Source: Psammoneis japonica (Eukaryota). Taken from it: a stretch of 20,000 nt of DNA. Of this stretch, positions 11,169 through 20,000 are shown piece after piece (the stretch's first letter is position 1; each line of letters starts with the position of its first letter). The stretch covers positions 51,731 to 71,730 of the forward strand of contig QPGO01000296.1 of NCBI GenBank assembly GCA_008632985.1. Direction: 5' to 3'. The notes under the pieces are model-generated. The model saw only the letters and a list, made by a program, of their open reading frames with translations. It made no database searches and was not told the origin of the DNA. The position numbers and the translations under genes were made by a program.

Positions 11169-12771
11169 TCACTCTTGATCCACTTCGTTTGGAATGGCAG
11201 AAATGGCACTAGCGAAGGCGACCTTCTTGTCGGATGTCTCGTTGGAGGATGAAAGTTGTTGCTTGCGGAGTCTGCACCCAAACTTTCCCGGATCATCAGG
11301 CAAATGAATGACCCAAGCCATGTGGCAAGTGCACCAGTGACAGTTGCAATTGTTGACATGCTTGTGAAAGTGCTGATGTCCATTGACTGTCTTCTTAGGT
11401 GCACCATCCTCAGGCGGAACTTTCTTCCAGGCTTCATCAGCCTTCCACTTCTGGCGTGGAGCAGTCTTGGTCTTCCTTGACTTTGTGCTTCTCTCCTTTC
11501 CTGAACCTGCCTTGGCCTTCAGAGCCTTGGACAGCTGAAGGTTCTGGTCCTTGATTGAGCCCACCTCAGCAGTGAGTGCAACGATCTGCTCTTCAGCTGG
11601 TGAGAGTGCTCCCCACTTCTCATCTTGCTTGAGGTTAGTGTGCTTGTTGAGCACCAGTGACATGATTTGTGTTGGCATGAAATTCTCACCATTGTTGCAC
11701 CTGTCCTTGTGTGGGGTGATGCATTTGACAAATGCTTCGTCAGCAGCAGCGGCGCATCCTTTAAAAAGATTCACAATGAGGTCGTCGCACTGCTCGCCCC
11801 TTGCTGGCAGCCCATCAACGTTGAGCTTGGCACACTTGTTGAACTCTTCCATGTCCAAGTTGACAGCTGCCATGTGTGCATCCAGGCTTGAAAGGTTCTC
11901 ACAGAAGTGGTTCGTGGTTGAACGGGTGTCGACGACAGCTTTCTGAGTGAGCAGCTTGAAGAACAGTGTGCCAATTTGGTTTCCATTGATCGTGCACAAA
12001 TCAATCTCATCAAGTGTCCTGTCCCTTGCTTCTTCTGTCAAGGACTGAGAGATGGCTTCAGCCATTTGCACATTGTTCTGTGCTTGCCATGTTGGAAGAT
12101 CGGCAAAAGTGGTGGCATGAGCTCTCACGTCCTGAAGAGCAAGCAATCCACACTCGGAAATAAGATCTCAAGGAGCTCCATTCATGTCGGGAATGGCAAG
12201 CATGTCTCCTGTCCCTGTTTTCCATCCTGCTTTGGCAGCTCGTTGACTGAGCATCTCACAAAAGCGTTTGAGCCCTTCAGAGTCTCCGTTAAACTCGTGT
12301 GGCAGTGGACAAGTGGCAGCGTTCTCCAGAGCTTTGGGCCTTGCGACATGCCGCAGTCAATGAAATCATTGGGGCGGCGTTGACCTGGGGTCAAAGCAAA
12401 GATTGGCAGTGGACAAACTGGCAGAGCACTGCCTGGTCCTCCTGGTGGTGGAGCACCACCTCCTCCACCTGGTGGAGGAGCGCCACCTCCTCCTCTCCAG
12501 GTGCAACTGCTGGGTTGACAGGAGGGTTCACCGGAGCAGCTGGAGGAATGATGGGAGGCACAGCAGCAGCTGGAGTGGCTGCAGATGGAGCAGCTGCTGC
12601 AGGAGCAGCAGCAGGAGGAGCTGCTGGAGCAGGAGCAGCAGCAACAGCAGAAGCTGCAGGAGCAGGTGCAGCAGCAGGGGCTGCAGCAGCGGCAGCTGCC
12701 GGAGCAGCAGCTGGAGCCGGAACTGGTGCGGCAGCAGCTTGGGTGGTCGCAGTTCGTGTCTGTACGACCAT
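11169..12771 (-). pseudogene. gag: Copia gag, frameshifted, with Ala/Pro/Gly-rich N-terminus
   Basis: ATG at 12771 (MVVQTRTATTQAAAAP), FALTPG...FID[C=Y], GTLFFKLL...VDTRST, NLFKG[C=Y], WKKVPP...HWC..H..W..H knuckle-like motif; 325-aa ORF 11169-12146. Confidence 0.85.
12430..12740 (-). repeat. Low-complexity GCA/GCT/CCT-rich coding tract with a duplicated ~26-bp unit
   Basis: Poly-Ala/Pro tract; CCTGGTGGwGGAGCrCCACCTCCTCC at ~12441 and ~12468. Confidence 0.8.
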
Positions 12772-12841
12772 TGCAGGGATTAAAGCACAATCGAACAGTG
12801 GAGTCGATTTCACTTGTCTTGCAGTTTTCGCAGAGGAAGCG

Positions 12842-13267
12842 TGTGGGAAAGTGGCCGGAATTCTGGGATTCGTCTGCACTTTCGGTGGTTAAAAGCTGCA
12901 GTTGCAATGCAACAATCAATCAGCAACTTTATTGCACCAAAAGTTGAGAGGTGATAATCGATACGTTAGAAAGATTATGAGCAGTTTTTATGAGCAGATG
13001 CAGCTGCCATCTCAAAGAAACGCGAAGATAGACACGCGCGAATCATCTGAGAATAAACATCGCATTCGTGACTCGGGTTCCGCGGGATTCGAGACTGAGC
13101 ATCGAACACACGGATTCGAATCATGGATCTGAATCAACCAATCAGATTGAGTTTTCTTGATTCTGACTGCTGTCACTTGTGGGGAGGAATTGCCCTTCAC
13201 ACTCATCAATTCATGACCAAAGGACGTAACTCGTGGAGGTTCGATGTTGTTGTATAAAACATGCACA
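12842..13267 (-). repeat. 5' LTR (426 bp)
   Basis: TGTGGGAAAG...ATGCACA followed by TSD GCGTC; lacks 18 bp present near the outer-equivalent end of the other LTR. Confidence 0.93.
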
Positions 13268-13680
13268 GCGTCATCACGATCGTACAAGTCGAGATCGTGA
13301 TAATCAAGAGCAACGTGGAGAACGACAAGAGAGGCAACAATGGCAACAACAAAAGCAGAATAATGAGGAATGTTCGAAGAAGCAGCAGGCATGCTCTTTG
13401 ATGACATGTTTGAAGACTTTTTTCCGGAAACTATGCTGACGTTTTCCTGGACAAGATCTTTCCACAAAAAAACTTGACGCGAAACCACGGGTTTGCCAAA
13501 TGCTGTCTTCGCTGGGCTGTTGATCGCCTTACAGACAAGGCTTTGTGTCTGTTGGAAGAAAGCGAAGTGTCCATTCACATTGATGGCCGCACCTGCTTTT
13601 CAGCATCTAGTTTTAGAGAGTGGCGAGACCGCGTTCGTCAGAGGAGACAGAAAAAGCAACAGCATCATTCTGAATTCTAG
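13268..13680 (+). pseudogene. J-domain gene, 3' half
   Basis: Removing the element and one TSD gives in-frame ..SNER|HHDRTSRDRDNQEQ..; after apparent frameshifts it reads MFEEAAGMLFDDMFEDFF..NYADVFLDKIFP..RQRRQKK, stop at 13680. Confidence 0.65.
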
Positions 13681-14622
13681 AATAATGCTACAACATTGTC
13701 AGCAAATGACGAAGAGTGCATGCATCCCACCATGATGGCCCGCATTGTTGTTTCTCCAATGTTTGTGCAGTTGAAAATGTAGCGTTTGTCGAGAGCACCT
13801 GGCGAACTTCCATTTGTCGACTAGTCCGGTTTGCGATGGACAGCCGGAAAGCCAGTAAAACAGGGTGAATGGGTTATCAGCAGCAAGACCAAACTAGTCA
13901 CCCATGTGTTTCGAAACGGGGAATGCTCACGCTTCAAAAACAAAGCGGTAGCCTGGTCCTGTGTTCAGGGACAACACGGATGCATCATCTTCCTTGACCT
14001 TGGTGTGGAGTAAGGATTGTCCAAAGCATATGTTGGCGGACCAATTTTGAAAGGAAAGCTGTCGACTGAACAACGTTAATCTCGCCGCATCATACACTGC
14101 AAATAATAGAGGTCTAACTTACTACGTGCAACCATTGCTGTCAATAGTGCTCCGAGTAGAGCTCACTTCCTTGACTGGCGAATGCATTTAGACCAGCAGG
14201 ATTGACGAAACGAACAAACGACACAACGACTCGAAGAATTATTGTCGGTTGACTGACGAAGCCGACCATACCGGAAGCCATACAAGGCCCAACGTCATTT
14301 TCTTACCAGAAGACCCGCGTGCAAAAACCTCTTTTGTGCCAGCCAAGAAACTCACGAAGCCCTCGCGGCTAGGCACAACTCGAGGTCTCCTAGGAACGGA
14401 GACGGAAGGAATTGCATGTGGTGGATGGATAGATTCGAGCAAATAAAGTAGCAAACGGAAAGACGATTCAAAACAAAGTTTTTGTGCGAAATGGTAAATT
14501 GTGGCAGCATGGCAAGCAGCATAATACATTCAGCACTAGCAGCAATGAACATCTAGAATAATTATGTTGAGTCATACAACCAAAGTTTACTGTTTTCGAA
14601 AAACGAAGCTACAGCGACTATT

Positions 14623-15637
14623 TCACATTCCTGGAACAAATCGATCAGGTCGCTTTCGTTTTCTTCCGGTGTTCCTGTAGCTAAACAGATCTGGCTTTTC
14701 ACAAAGCAAGGAGTAAACAATGCCCACTCTGGACATGTCTGTATTACGCCCCCCACTTTGGCCAAGACATGTGCCCAGAGAGCTGGATTAACAGTGTCCT
14801 GTTTCAAAAGTTGTCGCCCATGCGCTTCGATCACGGCTTCATGACCCTCATCGACAGCGGCGTCCAGCGGTGTTTCTCCATCCACATCTTTTGCGTCAAT
14901 GTCAGCTCCGCGTTCCAACAGGAGTCTCGCCATGCTTTCGCTACCTGACGTGCCTGCTGCATCATGCAAATTTGTAAGCCCCACCTTGTCAATCTCGATG
15001 ACTCGCGCCCCTCCATTCTCCAAGAGAACTCGCGCTGTGTTTTCCCTTCCGGCACTTGAAGCAAAATGAAGAGCTGTGCCACCCACTGTGATTGACTTCA
15101 AATCTACGTCGGCACCATTCTGCAGTAGTAAAAAACACACACAATCGTGCCCATAATACGAAGCTAAATGAAACGGCGTCAAACCACCGTTTCCAGCTTT
15201 GTCATTGACTGCCGCGCCGTGCGACAGAAGCACACGAGCTGTGGATGCACGCCCGCGAAGGCACGCCAAGTGCAAGAGTGTTACTCCAAGTGACCGATCC
15301 ATCACGCGTGCTCCAGCATCCAGCAGGAGTTGCACTTTGCATCGCGATTGCTTACAGCCGCAGAACCGACAACATCAAAAAGGATGGGGCTTGGACCACC
15401 ACCATTCATTCGGTTCACAAGCATGTTCGGATCGGCGCCGCGCAAAAGTGCACGTCGAACTGTGCTGCCGTCACCCAAAACGTTTGATTCTAGGATTTGA
15501 TCCAAATCCATGTCTAAAGTGACACGTTGTGATGAGAAGTGAATGGAATGGAGCCGCCGTCGACCCTGTGCTGCTTGTTGCTCTTTGCTCACGGCTGACG
15601 CCGCTGCCAGCGCTGCGACGCTGTTGTCACTTGTCAC
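14623..15637 (-). pseudogene. Ankyrin-repeat protein gene with two apparent frameshifts (pseudogene or indel errors)
   Basis: GVTLLHLAC..LLSHGAAVN, GLTPFHLAS..LLQNGADVD, GGTALHFAS, GLTNLHDAA..LLERGADIDAKDVDGETPL. N-terminal LLRGADPN lies in another frame (shift ~15335); tail VYSLLCEKPDL..RKRKR lies in another frame after a C6 run (~14750). Confidence 0.85.
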
Positions 15638-15669
15638 GCTAGCTCCGTGTGCGTTTTGGTTGTTCGAGG

Positions 15670-16513
15670 CACAGGCTCAGATACACTACTAGGCAGGACA
15701 GTAGAAAATCAACATTTACAATAATTAAGAAATTTTTATATTTAGCAAATGACGTGATTTTCAAGGATATACTTCCGGGTTTTTGGCGATTTCTGCCGGG
15801 TTCCTTTCTGTTTCGTGTACCGATTTTGGGTGTTTCACCACGGCGAAGCACGACGACAATGATGGTCGAAATACGCTGCAATGCAAGTGGGGCCGTCGAG
15901 CGCCGACCGTGGGAATCTCATTAAGTTGGTATTATAGCACACGTTTCAGGTGTCGGCGCTCGACGGCCCCACTTGCGTTATGATGAAATTATCGACGGCA
16001 TGTTGTCATGGTCGATTTTTTTTTATTCTGCCGCGCCGGGAAATCACAATCTCTCCGTAGGATTCTACGCTCTTTTTGTACGGAGCCTTCGACGACCGAC
16101 CTATCGTCATGTCGTTCGCAGACAGCGGCATAAAATAGAATGCATGCCTGGTCTGACAATTTATACATCCTCGTTGGGGCTGTCCACATTTCCCGATTGC
16201 AGCTCCACTGTGTTAAATTAGTGCAGAGCGATCGTATGGTTGCGACAACAAGAACCACAAGCAGCAACAGTAACACAAAAACGTTCTGATTTCTGAAACA
16301 AATTCGGTGGCGCTCATCATGTGCGCTCTGGTCGAAATTTCCAACGGAAGCTTCTCCGTAGATTTCTACCTGACTGGTGTCCGTTGGTTAAATTTAGTAT
16401 ATGAAACTGAAGGTCCTATTAGTTATGTTCATGTATAATAAGCATTTCAGATCCGTGCTTTCCAAGTAGTCGGAGTATACATTGTCCTGCCTAGTAGTAT
16501 ATCTGAGCCTGTG
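15670..16513. mobile_element. Non-autonomous TIR element (844 bp), 7-bp TSD, possibly P superfamily
   Basis: 31-bp TIRs 15670-15700 / 16483-16513 (CACAGGCTCAGATAyACTACTAGGCAGGACA, 30/31 identical); TTCGAGG at 15663-15669 and 16514-16520; no transposase ORF. Confidence 0.88.
15883..15976. repeat. Perfect 25-bp inverted repeat with 44-nt spacer
   Basis: GCAAGTGGGGCCGTCGAGCGCCGAC (15883-15907) is the exact reverse complement of 15952-15976. Confidence 0.95.
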
Positions 16514-19439
16514 TTCGAGGTTCGCGGCGTTCACTCCCGGCTTGGGAGGTCTGTAATTGCGCGGCGTTGTGCTGGGTGCGAAGTAGTCGAGTGAGTCGTC
16601 GCAACAAACCGACCAACAGAGCACAAGCGCCTCTGTCAAATTGTGCTTCAAACTGGAGCCCTTGCCGCACTCATCCCCACTTGCAGCACCCAGCACCCAG
16701 AGACATGACGCAGCATTGTTTTCTGTCATTCCAGAGCTGCAACAACATTTGTGAAAACCACCCACGGCTTCTTGGATTCAGCAGCTGCAGTGCTTTTGGC
16801 TGAACATTCTTCAGCAAGCGGGCCAGCGTGTGCTGCGCTCACATCTTCGCTGGAGTCAACATGTGCGCCCGCTTCTCCCGCCAACACAAGGGGAGCTTGT
16901 GCAATGCACTTTCCATCCAAATTTTTACCTTGCTCTTTAATGACACTGTTGAGTTGACTGAGTGATTTTGCATCTGAAATTTTGGGTGCTCGTTTGACTG
17001 CTGCTTCTTCTGCTGCTGTGCAGCTGTCGTCTGTCATTTGCGCCAGTGTCATGTTCTGACATGCACTTTGCAACCTTCACCAACAAAAGCTTGGCAAAAC
17101 TTTTGACATTGTGTGTTGTGCTGTTTTGGAGAGTGCAGCATGCAGGAAACAATGCCTTGCAATGGCTCATGATGTCTTTCTTGAGGCAAGTCTGACCTCA
17201 GTGCTGGGGGTGCAATTTGCAGCCATGAGAACAAACAACCACTTGTTGAGGGATGTGCTCATCAAGGGGTCAAAGGCAGAAATCAGTGTGGTTGCTCAGC
17301 CCAGATGTTGTTGCTGCCAAGATGCATCTGCAGCTTGAATCTTGCATCCTGGCAATTCGCGTCTCTGCAGATGCAGGCAAAATGATCAGTCATGGTTGAC
17401 ACAGTCGGCCGGACAAGAAGTGCATGTCTTTTCTCTTCTGTGGTGCACACTTTGTGTTGCAACCATGTCAGAGCATGTTGTTTGATTTTTTTGTTTTTCC
17501 TCTCAAACTTGGCCTGTCAAAGGGGTTGCCCGTGTTGATTGTCAACACTGGATTTTCATCTGTCTGCAAATGTTGGGTGAACCTTCCAATCATCTCGAAG
17601 GCACCAAGCTCCCTTCAGTTGCCACGTGCATGGGTGCATCACATCCTGTGCAAAGTCCCCCATGTCTGCGCGCTGGGTGCACCCTGCCTGACCACCCCAC
17701 AGCAGCTTGCAACTGCATGACAACATTGCTTCCGCCTTTCCATTGGTGTGGACCAAGGAACACCCAAAACATGTGTTGGCAGAAGAGTTCCCAGTGGAAA
17801 ACATTGACTGAGCAAGGACCATCTCACAATGGATGACTGTGACATGCTGAAATGGATCTCATGACCATGTCTGGTGCATGAAATTTGACCAATGGAGATT
17901 GGCATAACAAGCAAACTGCCAGCATTCCACTGCCCAATTGACTGGAGAACTTCTGACAAGAAACAGAAACAGACTGCCCCACACTGTGCTGCACTGCACT
18001 CACAGTGGGCCAACTCATCATGACAACCACCAAATGCCCACAAAAACTCTCAAAATCAAATCTGTTCTGATTGGCCTGATTTGAATGCTGATGCGATCTC
18101 CCTTCTTGATCTCTGGCACCTCGTGAAAGAAACACTTGAGTTGAGAACTTCTGCCTTTGACACATTCATTGGGGATCTCAGAAATGGGCCACTGGTTTTT
18201 GTTTAGAAACAGCAAACATCTGCAATCTCCGCTGGTTGCTGGGATGTTTCCAATCACAATGCACGGCATTGGATCATCAGCAAAAGAAGCTGTAGATGCC
18301 TCCAATGCAGAGCAGTCATTTGAATTTTCAAAAATGTGAAACAGCGGCTCCGATGCCTGGTCTCCCACTGCTCTGGCGAAAGACAAAGAATGGGATGTTT
18401 TGGCATCAAGACAATGTTGATCAATGTAGAGATCCAAAGAGAGCACAAGGAGGGGCAAGTTCTGAGTTGGAAGCTTGCAAAATGCCATGGGAAGGGCACC
18501 ATGTGACACCAGGTGGGACTCCTTGCTTCCATTGTTTCCCACTGAGATGCAGGAATTGTTTTTGAGGAACACAGCATCATTGGGTGAGCCACAGTCGACA
18601 GCATCTGAGTCATGTTCCCAGTCATTGAACAACAGTTTGCAGCAAATGCAACTGCTGACTTGCAATGGATGCACACCTTGCATTTCAACCTGCAAGTGCA
18701 CAGATTGTGCCTCTGACTTGACCCACCCTTTGTCTGGCTTAAAACTCGAGGCAATCCGGCCAAGCACAAGATGGTTTGCACCTTGGTCATTGCTGGATTC
18801 AATCATTGCCCCACCCTTTGCAAGCTTTGGGTCAAAGGTTGTGGGCAGAAAGTCAGTGTTGCTCTTGTGGCACAGTTCAAGGAATTTGGATGGATCCCCT
18901 CACAACTCTCCACAAGCACGGAAATTTGCGTGCCATGTTTGTTTGGCATTCTCACCTCCCCATGCTCTGTGCAAAGCATGTCACCCTTTCATGACGAGAC
19001 GACCTTGGCTGCGGAAGCAGTGCACTGCAGAAAATGACTTCCACCATGTTCATTTTCACTGATTTGGTGGTCTTCTTTGTTGCGTGGATCAAATGTGCCA
19101 CATCAGAGAATCGTGTGTGTCCAGTTGTTGTGTGGCTTGGCATTGTGATCATTCACTTTGAGTGCAAATCTGCACAACTTTGCAAGTTCGTCATGACACT
19201 TTTCTGCATGCCCAGAGCCAGGAGACAGAGTTTTGCCTGCAATGGCTGCTGGTCAAAAGAAGACAAGGTGAGTTCTGCTTTCTTGAACTTCCATTTCCCA
19301 TGGAATTGACTTTTCTTTAGATTTTGATTTCCACCATGATGTTCCCAGTTCCATCACTGTTGAGTGCCAGTGGCCGCAAATGAGGCACACTGATCAGACT
19401 GAAAGGTGACAAGCTCTTGACACAGCCCTGACTGCACGA

Positions 19440-19832
19440 GCCATGAGCAAACCTCTGGAACCAAGAAACAATCTGCTTCCACCTCCAATCAATGGGTTCT
19501 CACTTTGAATCTGCAATTTCTTGCAAAAACACCAAACCACATTGGAGATGAGAGAGCAAGTCACAAAAGGCCACGGGGTTGTGGCTCAGGCATGTGTGAT
19601 TTTCTTCATCCATGGGATTCAAGGGACTCCAAGCATCCTTGAGCATGCAGCAAATGGGTGAGCTCTCATCAAACTTTTCCAAGATGGATTTTGGGTTTGC
19701 GTGTTTGCCGCCAATGTTGAGATGCAAAATTGGAGCTTGGGGATGAGAATCTGCAGCAGCTTTTAGTTTCTTGTTCTTGGAGCTCAAAATGCTGCCAGCA
19801 GGCTCTCCTTCTCCTTTGCCCATCGGCACCAT
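19440..19832 (-). pseudogene. BTB/POZ (KCTD/T1-type) domain gene, hypermutated and frameshifted
   Basis: ILHLNIGGK..KSILEKF..MLKDAW..DEENHT[C]LSHNPVAF.DLLS[H]LQ[C]G, then in a shifted frame LEVEAD[C=Y]FLVP; probably continues below 19440. Confidence 0.7.
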
Positions 19833-20000
19833 GTCAGTGCAACATCAAATGTCAGCAGTGTCCTTCTGACTTCTGATTGCAGAGAAAGAACAGAGAAAGA
19901 GTGATGAGTGATGAGAGACCACTGCCAAAGCCACTCAGCATTGAACATTTGAAGGGAGTGGGGGGCGCATTTGCAGAAGTCAATTGTCAGCTGCTGCTGC

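Larger units (their letters stand above)
5668..13267 (-). mobile_element. Full-length Ty1/Copia LTR retrotransposon (CoDi-like), inactivated
   Basis: Two TG...CA LTRs (5668-6891, 12842-13267), 5-bp TSD GCGTC at 5663-5667 and 13268-13272, polypurine tract next to the 3' LTR, domain order gag-PR-IN-RT-RH on the minus strand. Confidence 0.96.

Noticed and set aside
6935..12146. Alternative genetic code or RNA editing as the reason for missing Tyr
   Set aside because: Tyr goes to both Cys and His (both strands), non-coding LTR/TIR/TSD sites change too, and the nearby ankyrin gene uses normal Tyr codons.
1..12841. Classical fungal RIP
   Set aside because: RIP turns CpA/TpG into TpA, adds stops and lowers GC; here TpA is depleted and protein motifs polarise the change away from TA.
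12299..12947. Poly-Gln, poly-Ala/Gly and Cys/Ser-rich ORFs
   Set aside because: Alternative frames of the low-complexity gag N-terminus.
13720..14550. Short ORFs between the J-domain tail and the ankyrin gene
   Set aside because: No recognisable domain; treated as intergenic or unassignable.
14745..14756. Programmed frameshift at the C6/G6 run in the ankyrin gene
   Set aside because: Homopolymer indels (also ~4091 and ~13418) are more simply decay or sequencing error.
19949..19960. TTGAAGGGAGTG matching the Copia PPT-LTR junction
   Set aside because: Only 12 nt; downstream sequence does not match the LTR and no RNase H lies upstream.
1..20000. Many overlapping 60-290 aa Cys/His-rich ORFs in all six frames
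   Set aside because: Expected by-product of losing TAA/TAG stops and Tyr codons; not evidence of real genes or metal-binding proteins.

Overview
Eukaryotic, transposon-rich DNA, probably from a diatom (inferred from a CoDi-type Copia and diatom-like gene tails). In order: a decayed DDE transposase (~120-2400), a 5'-truncated CRE-like LINE (~3270-5240, minus), and a J-domain gene split by a full-length Ty1/Copia element (5668-13267, minus, TSD GCGTC) whose 3' LTR carries a nested Harbinger-like MITE (5854-6638). Then a frameshifted ankyrin gene, a TIR element with a 7-bp TSD (15670-16513), unidentified decayed coding-like DNA and a BTB/POZ pseudogene. The main signal is a regional hypermutation. 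TpA is almost erased over ~1-12900 and ~16600-20000 by TA->TG/CA changes (A->G on either strand, TAT>TAC>>TAR), while ~13270-16590 is spared. It shows directly in LTR-vs-LTR, TIR-vs-TIR and TSD-vs-TSD comparisons and turns nearly every conserved Tyr into Cys/His (RT YVDD->CVDD). It is opposite in direction to fungal RIP and is a candidate undescribed genome-defence or heterochromatin mutator. All counts are by eye and approximate.
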